This document shows, one piece after another, positions 18,175 to 27,460 of a DNA stretch of 64,000 bases. Location: NCBI GenBank assembly GCA_964385105.1, contig CAYLMU010000001.1, forward strand, positions 258,252 through 322,251, in the 5' to 3' direction. The translations under genes were made by a program, and so were the position numbers. The notes under the pieces were generated by a model. It searched no databases. It saw nothing but the letters and a program-made list of their open reading frames with translations, and was not told the DNA's origin. Source of the DNA: an uncultured Candidatus Saccharibacteria bacterium (GTDB lineage Bacteria > Patescibacteriota > WWE3 > UBA101185 > UBA10185). Positions within the stretch are counted from its first letter, which is position 1. Every line of letters begins with the position of its first letter.

Positions 18175-20746
18175 TTTGCTACCTTTAATTACCAGATTTT
18201 TTGAATGGTATATGGTCTATATACCCAAAAGATTGTTCAAACTGGCTCGGGTTTTAATATCGCTAACAAATAACTCAATGGCCTTTACTCTTAATCTTCG
18301 ACTGTTTTTTACCCCTTTATACGGCGACTATACTTGGATAGGAAGATTTATGGGTTTTACGGTCAGAAGTTTTCAGGTAGTTTTTGGGATACTTTTTTTA
18401 CTTGTAACAACATCCCTGCTTTTATTGTTACCGGTATTCTGGTTTGCTGTTCCAATATTGTTGTTTTATGTGCATGAGAGTTTAGTTTTTGTTTTTTATA
18501 TTGCACTGGCAGCTTATTACTTTTCCACAAATAAAAACCGGCCGGCAAAACGTGTTTATGAGGTTAAAAACGATGATGTAAAGAAGAGTTTTAGACCGTT
18601 AGTTTTGGATTTTTATAATCAATCTATGAGGTCAGGTTCAATGCCCAAAAATCTATTAGCTGAAAAAGATATTGTTTTGCTTTTGAAAAAGTCTGAAATT
18701 TATACCGATGAATTTATGAATAAAGTGGTTGAGGTCAAAGCCGATTTTAATACACTGGATCAAGCTGCATACAAGTATGCCACTGAACACGATTCCAGAT
18801 ATGTTGAAGTGGAGCATTTATTTTTAGGGTTATTAAGTTTATTACCTAAACTCGATGTAACACTGGCAGCATACAATTCGTCATTTCATCTAATTGAAGA
18901 AACGGCCAAATGGATGACATTTGAAAAAGAAAGCTTAAAAAATGTTTATTTCTGGCAGGAAGATTATGAATTGCCTAAAATGGGCGGTATCGGTAGAGGG
19001 TTAACAGGAAGAGTAACTCCCCAGCTTGATTCTGTTTCGGAAGATTTTACCAAACAAGCTCAAAAAGGAATCATCCAAAATATTGTTGCCCATCAAGACA
19101 AAATAAGTGAGGTAATGGAATTGTTGAGCAGTTCCAATAAAAATCTATTGCTAATAGGGCCTCCGGGGTCGGGGAAAACTTCGGTTATTAAGGGTCTGGC
19201 GGAAAGAATTGTAAAAGGAACTGATGTTAAAGGCGTAAAGTTTAAGCGTGTAGTGAGCATCGATACGGCATCACTAATTGCAGGAAGTAAAACGGTTGGT
19301 GATATTGCTCAAAGGTTTAAAAATATAATGTCGGAAATTAAAGCATCAGGTGACGTGATATTGTTTTTTGATGAAATTCATAACCTGGTCGCCGGGGTAC
19401 AGGGCGATAACTCATCAACAATATTTTCAATATTAGAACCGCATTTAACCGAAGGACATATTCAGTTTATTGGTGCAACAAATCTTGAAAATTATAGAAA
19501 ATATCTTGAACCAAGCGGGTCGTTTTCGACTTTGTTTACTACAATAGAAATTCCTCCTGCGTCGGATGAAGATACATTTGGTGTGCTAAAAACCCAAGCA
19601 AAAAAATATGAAAAAGAATATGGCGTTTTTGTTACCTACCCGTCATTGAGAGAAATTATAGTACTTTCAAAAAAACTAATTCACGACCGGGTGTTTCCCG
19701 ACAAAGCACTGGATATTTTAAATAGAGTTTGTGTAACAGCTGCTAAAGGTACAAAAGTTGTTGACTCTGAAACTGTACGTAAAGTCGTATCTGATATAAC
19801 ACATGTTCCCGTTACGTCACTTTCAGAAGACGAATCTCAAAAATTGTTGAATATTGAAAATGAGATTAAGAGCAGAGTCTTAGGACAGGATCATGCAATT
19901 ATTCAAATATCAAAAGCTTTACAAAGAGCAAGAGTGGGAATTAGAAGTGAGGGAAAGCCAATTGCAAGCTTTTTGTTTGTTGGAACTACAGGGGTAGGTA
20001 AAACAGAAACAGCCAAAGCACTTGCTGAAAAGTATTTTGGAAGTGAAAAGAATATGGTGAGAATTGATATGAGCGAATATCAACAACAGGATAGCATAAA
20101 CAGATTAATCGGTGAGCCGGGAGGCCGCACAAAGGGTATACTTACCGAGGCAATCAGGTCAAATCCATATACTTTGATATTGCTTGATGAGATTGAAAAA
20201 GCATATTCAAATATTTTACTTACATTTTTACAAGTTTTAGATGACGGAAGATTAACCGATTCTTCTGGATTTACCGTGGATTTTTCAAATACGATAATTA
20301 TTGCAACCAGTAACGTTGGTACCAGATCGATTCAGGACGTTGTGCAAAGAGGCGGTACATTTGAAGAGATAAATGAGATAGCAATGAGGGATGTTCGAAG
20401 TCATTATGCCCCCGAGTTTCTAAACAGATTTACGGGAATTATTGTATTTAGACCTTTAACTGTAGATGTTGTGAAAAAAATAGCAGAACTTACACTCCAG
20501 AAGGTGCGAATAATGGCTGAGGCTAAAAGTATTAAAGTAAGTTTTAAACCTGAGCTTATAGATGAGCTTGTGAAACGAGGATACAATGTTGAATGGGGTG
20601 CAAGGCCTCTGCGAAGATTAATTGAAGATACAGTTGAGTCTCACTTGGCAATGAAGATATTATCAAAGGATTATATTCAAGGCGATGAAGTAGAAGTGGG
20701 GCTTGAGGTTTTTGAAGAGGAAAGAATACCCACAGCTTTGTTATAA
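18167..20746 (+). CDS. Hsp100/Clp-family double AAA+ ATPase with N-terminal membrane domain
   Basis: Walker A GPPGSGKT and GTTGVGKT, Walker B FFDEIH and LLDEIEK, PDKALD, RIDMSEY, GARPLRR; hydrophobic segments at ~aa 60-120. Confidence 0.9.
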   Translation: MSNLLPLITRFFEWYMVYIPKRLFKLARVLISLTNNSMAFTLNLRLFFTPLYGDYTWIGRFMGFTVRSFQVVFGILFLLVTTSLLLLLPVFWFAVPILLFYVHESLVFVFYIALAAYYFSTNKNRPAKRVYEVKNDDVKKSFRPLVLDFYNQSMRSGSMPKNLLAEKDIVLLLKKSEIYTDEFMNKVVEVKADFNTLDQAAYKYATEHDSRYVEVEHLFLGLLSLLPKLDVTLAAYNSSFHLIEETAKWMTFEKESLKNVYFWQEDYELPKMGGIGRGLTGRVTPQLDSVSEDFTKQAQKGIIQNIVAHQDKISEVMELLSSSNKNLLLIGPPGSGKTSVIKGLAERIVKGTDVKGVKFKRVVSIDTASLIAGSKTVGDIAQRFKNIMSEIKASGDVILFFDEIHNLVAGVQGDNSSTIFSILEPHLTEGHIQFIGATNLENYRKYLEPSGSFSTLFTTIEIPPASDEDTFGVLKTQAKKYEKEYGVFVTYPSLREIIVLSKKLIHDRVFPDKALDILNRVCVTAAKGTKVVDSETVRKVVSDITHVPVTSLSEDESQKLLNIENEIKSRVLGQDHAIIQISKALQRARVGIRSEGKPIASFLFVGTTGVGKTETAKALAEKYFGSEKNMVRIDMSEYQQQDSINRLIGEPGGRTKGILTEAIRSNPYTLILLDEIEKAYSNILLTFLQVLDDGRLTDSSGFTVDFSNTIIIATSNVGTRSIQDVVQRGGTFEEINEIAMRDVRSHYAPEFLNRFTGIIVFRPLTVDVVKKIAELTLQKVRIMAEAKSIKVSFKPELIDELVKRGYNVEWGARPLRRLIEDTVESHLAMKILSKDYIQGDEVEVGLEVFEEERIPTALL

Positions 20747-20756
20747 TACACAATGA

Positions 20757-21758
20757 ATGGAAGAAGCAAAATCCAGACTGGAACAACTAAAAAGTGATCT
20801 CTTTATTGACGAAAAGCGTCAAAAAATCTTACAACTTGAAGAGCGTTTGCAGGATGAATCAATTTGGAATGAATGGGAAGAAGGAAAACGTGTTTCTCAA
20901 GATTTGGCTGAGTTAAGGCGGGATATAGAAGATTATGAAATGCTTGAGTTAATGTTGGCGGAGGGTGATTTGGATGCGTTTAACAAGGAATTTAAAAAAG
21001 CTGAGGTTAAAGCATTTTTGTCGGGTAAACATGATAAGGACGATGCTATATTGTCTATTCATGCCGGACAGGGTGGTACCGAAGCAATGGACTGGGCTGA
21101 GATGCTTTGGCGAATGTATTCACGTTTTGCTGAGAAAAAAGGTTGGAAAGTATCTGTAATAGATTCAACACCCGGGGATGAGGCCGGTATAAAGAGTGTA
21201 ACCCTTGAAATAACCGGATTGTATGCTTATGGATTTTTGAAAAATGAGTCAGGTGTTCATCGACTTGTGAGGCAATCTCCGTTTAATGCAGATAATTTAA
21301 GGCAAACATCATTTGCACTTGTGGAAGTTGTTCCATTAATTGATGAAGATGTTGAGGTAGAAATAAAAGATGAAGATATAGAGTTTGAAGCATTCAGGTC
21401 GGGAGGGCATGGTGGTCAGAATGTTAATAAAGTGTCTACTGCGGTAAGAATTAAACATATTCCTACAGGTATTGTGGTTGAATGTCAGGAAGAGCGCCAT
21501 CAAGGTAAAAATCGTGAAAAAGCTATGAAAATTTTGAGATCGCGATTATATGCCCTTGAACTCAAAAAACTTGAAGAAGAAAAAAATAAATTAAAAGGCG
21601 AATATAAGACTCCGGGGTGGGGAAATCAGATTAGAAATTATGTATTGCACCCTTATAAATTAGTTAAGGATTTAAGAACTGAGGTAGAAAGCACTCAGCC
21701 TGAAGCTGTTTTAGATGGGGAACTTACAGAATTTATAGATGCCGAAATTAAACTTTAA
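20757..21758 (+). CDS. prfB: Peptide chain release factor 2 (single in-frame ORF)
   Basis: [22 protein letters not shown] (SPF specificity motif), [18 protein letters not shown]. Confidence 0.97.
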   Translation: MEEAKSRLEQLKSDLFIDEKRQKILQLEERLQDESIWNEWEEGKRVSQDLAELRRDIEDYEMLELMLAEGDLDAFNKEFKKAEVKAFLSGKHDKDDAILSIHAGQGGTEAMDWAEMLWRMYSRFAEKKGWKVSVIDSTPGDEAGIKSVTLEITGLYAYGFLKNESGVHRLVRQSPFNADNLRQTSFALVEVVPLIDEDVEVEIKDEDIEFEAFRSGGHGGQNVNKVSTAVRIKHIPTGIVVECQEERHQGKNREKAMKILRSRLYALELKKLEEEKNKLKGEYKTPGWGNQIRNYVLHPYKLVKDLRTEVESTQPEAVLDGELTEFIDAEIKL

Positions 21759-21786
21759 CAAAACCGCTTATAGTATAGGTCATTAC

Positions 21787-21815
21787 TAGACAAAGTTTGT
21801 ACTCAATTATATAAT
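21787..21815 (+). promoter_or_regulatory. Sigma70-type promoter
   Basis: TAGACA-N17-TATAAT, 11 nt before ATG 21827. Confidence 0.6.
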
Positions 21816-21826
21816 CAACTTATACT

Positions 21827-23020
21827 ATGGATTTACAAAATATGGCAAATGATCAGCAAAATAAACCCCCTGTAAACATGTATCCCGGACTAGGAATGCA
21901 AAAAGATATGCCAAATCACAAGAAGAAAAAAATATTAATAGGTGTAGGGTTAATAATAGCTTTATTGGTTGGTGGATTCGTATATTATCAAGTATCCATA
22001 CCTAATAATTCAAATGTTTTTAAGCCAATAGCAAATGGTTCGTCTGGAGGCGGTGAAAAAAATGTGGAGAATCCTTTGACAGGAGTCAAATATACTGAAG
22101 CCGAAGCACAGGCTTGGATTGAAAAAAGACCTCTTGCAGCAATGGTAAATAATTTTGTTGATGCACGGCCTCATTCAGGTTTGGTTGATGCGGATATTGT
22201 ATATGAGATTGTAGCTGAAGGTGGTATAACAAGGTTTTTAGCGTTCTTTTTATCTGAAACACCCGAAAAAATAGGGCCTATTAGAAGTACAAGACATTAT
22301 TATTTGGTTGTAGTTAAAGAGCTTGGCGATGCAATGCTTGCACATATCGGATGGTCACCTCAGGCACTTGAAGCAATTGAGACATGGCCGGTTAGAAGTT
22401 TAGCAAGAGGTGGAGCTCAGTTTTGGAGGGATCAGGCAAGGATTGATTCGGGAATTGCAATTGAACACACAGCCTATTATAACGGAAAAGAATTACGTCA
22501 GCTTGGAGATGAACTTGGCTGGGACGGAAAAGACCCTAATTTTAGACCATGGCTATTTAAAGACGACTCACCCGCTGACGCCACAAGTTCAGTGGTAGGT
22601 GAAAACACTCCAATTGAAATTGATTTTTGGTTTGAAGGTGATTACAGTGCAATTTGGAATTATGACCGTGCCACAAATTCATATTTACGATTTACCGGTT
22701 ATGATAGTGGAGGGAATCCTATTCCCCATACCGATTTAGAGACCGGTGAACAAGTTACAGTTAAAAACCTTATTGTTCAATTTGTAACGGAAAGTGCAAT
22801 AACCGGAGATGATAGTAGTAGGTTGGATTATCAGTTAATAGGCAGCGGAAGTGGCATAGTATTTATTGATGGTAAAGCAATTAGAGTAACCTGGGCAAAA
22901 GATTCAAGAGAAGGAAGAACTGTTTTTTATGATGAAAATGGCAAAGAAGTTGAATTTAATAGAGGCAAGTTTTGGATAAGTATTGTACCTGAGAGAAATC
23001 AAACACAGGTAACTTACTAG
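21827..23020 (+). CDS. DUF3048 (YerB-like) membrane-anchored protein
   Basis: NPLTG, RPLAAMVNN...ARPHSGL..ADIVYE..AEGGITR, IGPIRSTR; N-terminal TM. Confidence 0.85.
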   Translation: MDLQNMANDQQNKPPVNMYPGLGMQKDMPNHKKKKILIGVGLIIALLVGGFVYYQVSIPNNSNVFKPIANGSSGGGEKNVENPLTGVKYTEAEAQAWIEKRPLAAMVNNFVDARPHSGLVDADIVYEIVAEGGITRFLAFFLSETPEKIGPIRSTRHYYLVVVKELGDAMLAHIGWSPQALEAIETWPVRSLARGGAQFWRDQARIDSGIAIEHTAYYNGKELRQLGDELGWDGKDPNFRPWLFKDDSPADATSSVVGENTPIEIDFWFEGDYSAIWNYDRATNSYLRFTGYDSGGNPIPHTDLETGEQVTVKNLIVQFVTESAITGDDSSRLDYQLIGSGSGIVFIDGKAIRVTWAKDSREGRTVFYDENGKEVEFNRGKFWISIVPERNQTQVTY

Positions 23021-23024
23021 GGGT

Positions 23025-23606
23025 ATGCTGAAAAAGCTTTTTGTCTCGGAAGTGAGACTGAACATACTTAAGACGATGCTGCCCAACCCGGAAAAATCCT
23101 TACACGTACGAGGTATTGTAAGATTAGTGGGAACCGAGATTAATGCCGTTAGACGTGAATTAAGAAAACTCGAAGCTCTTGGATTGTTAAAAAAAAGAAA
23201 AAGCAGTAATAGAGTTTATTATACCGTTGACACATCATGCATTTTATATCCAGAATTACTTTCATTAATTACAAAAGAAGAAGGTTTAGGTGCTGAGATT
23301 ATAAAAAACAAAAAAGAACTTGGTGATGTGAAATTTGCTATCTTATCAAGAAGGTTTTCCAGAAATCTACCTGCGACACCGTTAGATGTGGATTTATTTG
23401 TTGTAGGAGCAGTAAATTTTGACCTGCTTGAATCACTAATAAAGAAGTATCAGGCGGAATTAAAGCGAGAAATAAACTATACAGTTATGGGCGAAGAAGA
23501 ATTTAAATTTAGAAAAAGAAAGAATGACCAGTTTGTTTCAAAAGTACTGGCACAAGGTAGAACAATGCTTATAGGTGATGAACATGAATTTTGGTCTATC
23601 CAGTAA
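23025..23606 (+). CDS. Winged-HTH protein with nucleotidyltransferase-like C-terminal domain
   Basis: N-terminal wHTH (HVRGIVRLVGTEINAVRRELRKLE..GLL); DVDLFVVG, REINYTVM..EEF. Confidence 0.65.
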   Translation: MLKKLFVSEVRLNILKTMLPNPEKSLHVRGIVRLVGTEINAVRRELRKLEALGLLKKRKSSNRVYYTVDTSCILYPELLSLITKEEGLGAEIIKNKKELGDVKFAILSRRFSRNLPATPLDVDLFVVGAVNFDLLESLIKKYQAELKREINYTVMGEEEFKFRKRKNDQFVSKVLAQGRTMLIGDEHEFWSIQ

Positions 23607-23611
23607 CAACT

Positions 23612-25036
23612 ATGAGCAGTTTCTTTGGCAATGTATATTTTAAATTGGGATTAATTCTCGGTTTATTCGTTGTCTCATTATTAATTGTACTGCCAAAAAC
23701 ACCGATAAAAATTAAAAATGAGTATGTGAGTATTGATACATCAATTGGCGGATATTATTTGACTTCATCCGATGGAGCAAGAGTACTTGATCTGAGGGGT
23801 TTCAAAAAGGGTTTTGACATTGACGGAGGTTTAAATATAGTATTAAAAGCTGATATGTCAGAGGTTTCTGCTGAAGAAAGGCTTGGTGTTTTAGAAACAA
23901 CGCGTGAGGTTATTGAAAACAGAATCATAATGCTGGGTGTTAGAAATGCAAATGTAACAGCCGAAATTTTAAATGATGAATACCTTATATCTATAAATCT
24001 ACCGCGTTTGGAAAGTGAAAGTAGAGTAATTGAGGTAATAAGCCAAACTGCCCGAATAAATTTTATGGAACTAAAAGACGGTTTTGATTGGGATGAAAGC
24101 AAACGTGAAGAATATTATTCTAACAAGCAGGTTTGGCAGGTAACAGATGTTAACGGTGCAGATATTAAAAGTGCTGAAGTGGTTTTTTTGGATGAATCCG
24201 GTAACGAGCCGGGTGTTCAAATTGTGTTTACTGATGAAGGGCAAAATGAGTTTGAGGAATTAGCAAAAAATAATATCGGTTTGCCTGTTGCTGTCTTTTT
24301 TGATAATTCTGATTTTCCAATTTTTATGCCCATTGTTAGTGAAGAATTTGCCGAAGGTAGCGTAGTGAACCCCACCATAAGCGGTGACTTTAATTTGGAA
24401 ACAGCAAGTTCATTGAGTATACAAATAAATTCAGGGGCTCTTCCCGTGTCGATTAGTTTAGTTGAACAAAATAATGTTGATGCTCCATTTGAAGTTTTGC
24501 AGGGTAAAAACTTGTTTTATATTGGTTTTTCAATAATTTCTTTGTTATCGGCAATTTTAATATTTTTATACGGCCGACTTGGATTAACAGCAATAATTTC
24601 TTTTATTTTGTATGAGACTATGCTGCTTTCGTTTTTTAAGCTTCTGCCTATTGTAGTGACTGTTCCCAGCTTAGTGGGGTATTTGCTTGCTTCTATTATT
24701 GCATTATATTTTCTCATTTTATTTTCTGAAATTTACAAACAGGAGATTAAAGGTAATAAGCCAAAAAATCTTGCCGTTATTTCAGGATTCTTGCGATCCT
24801 GGAAGCCTACACGAGATTCTATATTGTTAATTTTGGTAATATCAGGATTTTTAATGTACATTGGTATTGATTATGTGCAAGGGTTTGCGACTGCATTATT
24901 CTTGGGCATGTTATTATCACTTATTTTTACACTTTTTATAAGTAAGACGCTTATTAAGGTAATGGGTATAAAAAAAGACTCACAAAACTCTAAGTTTAAG
25001 CGGTTATTTTTTTGGAGAAAGTATGCAAGTTCTTAA
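23612..25036 (+). CDS. secD: SecD-like protein (degenerate)
   Basis: GFDIDGG (cf. GLDLxGG), IENRI, QTARINF, NSGALPV, 5 C-terminal TMs, GFATAL. Confidence 0.85.
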   Translation: MSSFFGNVYFKLGLILGLFVVSLLIVLPKTPIKIKNEYVSIDTSIGGYYLTSSDGARVLDLRGFKKGFDIDGGLNIVLKADMSEVSAEERLGVLETTREVIENRIIMLGVRNANVTAEILNDEYLISINLPRLESESRVIEVISQTARINFMELKDGFDWDESKREEYYSNKQVWQVTDVNGADIKSAEVVFLDESGNEPGVQIVFTDEGQNEFEELAKNNIGLPVAVFFDNSDFPIFMPIVSEEFAEGSVVNPTISGDFNLETASSLSIQINSGALPVSISLVEQNNVDAPFEVLQGKNLFYIGFSIISLLSAILIFLYGRLGLTAIISFILYETMLLSFFKLLPIVVTVPSLVGYLLASIIALYFLILFSEIYKQEIKGNKPKNLAVISGFLRSWKPTRDSILLILVISGFLMYIGIDYVQGFATALFLGMLLSLIFTLFISKTLIKVMGIKKDSQNSKFKRLFFWRKYASS

Positions 25037-25685
25037 ATATAGCTTTATATATGTAATTTTAGCTCTTTTTACATTTTTGTTGTGTGCCTATCTGTTGTTT
25101 GATACATTTACTAACCTACAACTAACTGCTCAAACAGCAGGTTATGCAAAAAGTTCCATATTTGTGGTAGTCTTTGCAGCTTTGCTTATTTTTGCTTATA
25201 TAACATTTATATTCAGAAATATCCCAAAACCTTATGTAAGTTACAAATTAGGTATAATTATTGTTTTTGCTTTGTTACATGATATGGCTTTAACTTTTAG
25301 TGCATATACAATTTCTCATAAAATTATTGACTTTTCTGCTCAAGGCTGGTTGTTGATTGCAATTTTGTCAGTATTGGTTTTTTCTATAATCGATAAAATT
25401 GTGGTTTTTAGCTTAATTGAAGAAAATTTAAAAGAGTATAGAAAAAAGAAACTTTTTGAGAATGTTAATAATTCATTAAATGAAGTACTTAAAAAGTCAT
25501 TTGTAATCTTACTGGCACTTTTAATTATTTTAATTGGATTTATGTTAGCGGGCGGGATAGAAATAAGGTATTTTATTTTAGTTATGGGCATTGGATTAAT
25601 CTCAGGGACTTATTCGACCTTATTTATTGCAGCACCATTGTTTGTCTTGTTGGAAAACCCAAAAAAAACACAAAGAAAGAAATAA
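25023..25685 (+). CDS. secF: SecF-like protein lacking the periplasmic domain
   Basis: ALLHD, FSIIDKIVVF..IEEN, GLISGTYSTLFIAAP; follows secD. Confidence 0.8.
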   Translation: MQVLKYSFIYVILALFTFLLCAYLLFDTFTNLQLTAQTAGYAKSSIFVVVFAALLIFAYITFIFRNIPKPYVSYKLGIIIVFALLHDMALTFSAYTISHKIIDFSAQGWLLIAILSVLVFSIIDKIVVFSLIEENLKEYRKKKLFENVNNSLNEVLKKSFVILLALLIILIGFMLAGGIEIRYFILVMGIGLISGTYSTLFIAAPLFVLLENPKKTQRKK

Positions 25686-25710
25686 ATTTGTATGGTATTC
25701 TTAGCACATA

Positions 25711-27366
25711 ATGCGCTGGAATATTTTGAATGTACATACAAAAGAAAAAGATTTACTAAACCTGCTTCTTGAAAATAGAGGAATTTTAACAGATGATGAA
25801 AAGAAAAGATTTTTAAATCCTCCGGCGGTTGAGTACTTTTTGAAAGAATTACCCGTTGAGTTTAAGCAAAGTTTAAAAAAAGCGCGCGAGCTGGTTTTAC
25901 AGGCCATAAACGACAATATTCCGATTATTATTCACGGGGATTATGACGCCGACGGTATATGTGCTACTGCCATAATATACAATACACTAACTGATGAATT
26001 AAATTACAATAAGACGAGCGCTTTTATTCCAAACAGGTTTGAGCATGGTTACGGACTTTCAGAAGCGTCGATTAAAAATGCATTAGAGAAATTAAAAAGT
26101 GAAGTAGGTGACTTTGAAAAAGTGTTATTCATAACAGTTGATAGCGGAATTACAGCTGTAAAAGAAGTGGAATATATAAAGTCGCTTGGCCATTTGGTTA
26201 TTATTACCGATCATCACCAAAAACCGGAAAAATTACCTGATGCTGACTGCATTGTATGGAATGACGCGGTGGTAGGGTCTACAATTTCATGGCTTTTGAG
26301 TAAGGTTTTGGGCTCAAAGAATAAGCAGGATATAGCACTTGCAGGTCTTGCTACCGTTACAGACGTACAACTTCTAACCGGTTTTAACCGAACTCTTGTT
26401 AAAAACGCACTTGAAGTGTTAAACACCAATCCTCCGCATGGAATAAAAAAACTCATAGACATTTCAGGAAAGTCAAACGGTGAGATTACTACATATGACC
26501 TTGGCTGGGTAATTGGGCCAAGACTAAATGCAGCAGGTCGAATTGAAGATGCTCATCATTCGTTGACGCTACTTGTTGAGAAGAATTTAAATGAAATTGA
26601 ATCCTCAGCACGAAAACTTCATGCAATCAATCAAAACAGACAAGATGTGACGTTGGAAATGTTTGAGTTAGCAGCCGGAATAAATGACGCCAATATGCCA
26701 AAAGTTCTAATTTCCCATGACGAGAAATACCATGAAGGTATAATTGGGCTTGTTGCATCAAGACTTGTACAAAAGTATTATCGACCTTCTATTGTTATGA
26801 GTGTTGAAGACGGGTATGCAAAAGGTTCTGTTAGATCTGTTTCAGGAATCGACATAATTTCGATGTTGCAAAAGTTTAGTGATTTGTTTGTAAATGTTGG
26901 TGGTCATCCAATGGCTGCCGGGTTTACAATTGATTTAAAAAATTTAGATGTGTTTAAAGAAAAATTCACTCTTTTTTGTAACGAAGAAATTGATGAAACT
27001 TTACTCGTACCCGTACTCGATGTTGACGCGGAATTTACCGATGGATTACCATCATTAACTGAAGTTGAAAACCTGGATAAATTAAAACCTTTTGGAATTG
27101 GTAATAATGAACCTAAATTTCTAAGTAAAGGTATGGGAATTACCCAAACGAATTGGGTAGGAGGCAACAAACAGCACTTATCTCTTAAATTTTATAAAGA
27201 TAACGAATATTACAAAGCAATATACTTTAATGCCTTTGATAAACCTGAAAACTTTGACCTGAAGCTTGGAGACGTTGTGGATGTTGTATATAAACTCAAA
27301 AAAGATTCATATAACGGAAATGACAACTTAAACCTTATAGTTGTTGACTTAAAAAAACGTGAATGA
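25711..27366 (+). CDS. recJ: ssDNA-specific exonuclease RecJ
   Basis: GDYDADG, PNRFEHGYG, TVDSG, TDHH, PRLNAAGR, GGHPMAAG, PFGIGN. Confidence 0.97.
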   Translation: MRWNILNVHTKEKDLLNLLLENRGILTDDEKKRFLNPPAVEYFLKELPVEFKQSLKKARELVLQAINDNIPIIIHGDYDADGICATAIIYNTLTDELNYNKTSAFIPNRFEHGYGLSEASIKNALEKLKSEVGDFEKVLFITVDSGITAVKEVEYIKSLGHLVIITDHHQKPEKLPDADCIVWNDAVVGSTISWLLSKVLGSKNKQDIALAGLATVTDVQLLTGFNRTLVKNALEVLNTNPPHGIKKLIDISGKSNGEITTYDLGWVIGPRLNAAGRIEDAHHSLTLLVEKNLNEIESSARKLHAINQNRQDVTLEMFELAAGINDANMPKVLISHDEKYHEGIIGLVASRLVQKYYRPSIVMSVEDGYAKGSVRSVSGIDIISMLQKFSDLFVNVGGHPMAAGFTIDLKNLDVFKEKFTLFCNEEIDETLLVPVLDVDAEFTDGLPSLTEVENLDKLKPFGIGNNEPKFLSKGMGITQTNWVGGNKQHLSLKFYKDNEYYKAIYFNAFDKPENFDLKLGDVVDVVYKLKKDSYNGNDNLNLIVVDLKKRE

Positions 27367-27372
27367 TAATCT
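27344..27372 (+). promoter_or_regulatory. Sigma70-type promoter for aspS overlapping the recJ stop
   Basis: TTGACT(27344)-N17-TAATCT(27367), extended -10 TG at 27364-27365. Confidence 0.6.
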
Positions 27373-27388
27373 GAATTAATGTAAAAGA

Positions 27389-27442
27389 CCAGGTGGCACA
27401 GTCCACCGTCAGGACCCTGGCGTTTTGTGCCGGGTTTTTTTT
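27389..27442 (+). ncRNA. T-box-like antiterminator/terminator leader of aspS
   Basis: CCAGG/CCUGG helix, 7-nt bulge UGGCACA, GUCC/GGAC helix; mutually exclusive terminator CCUGGC/GCCGGG plus U8. Confidence 0.6.
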
Positions 27443-27460
27443 GTTTTAAGGAGGCATTTT

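Noticed and set aside
20753-20797. Short out-of-frame ORF ([17 protein letters not shown]) overlapping the prfB start, which a +1 shift would join to RF2
   Set aside because: No CTT-TGA slippery site or internal SD, and the in-frame N-terminus from 20757 already looks like RF2, so probably chance.
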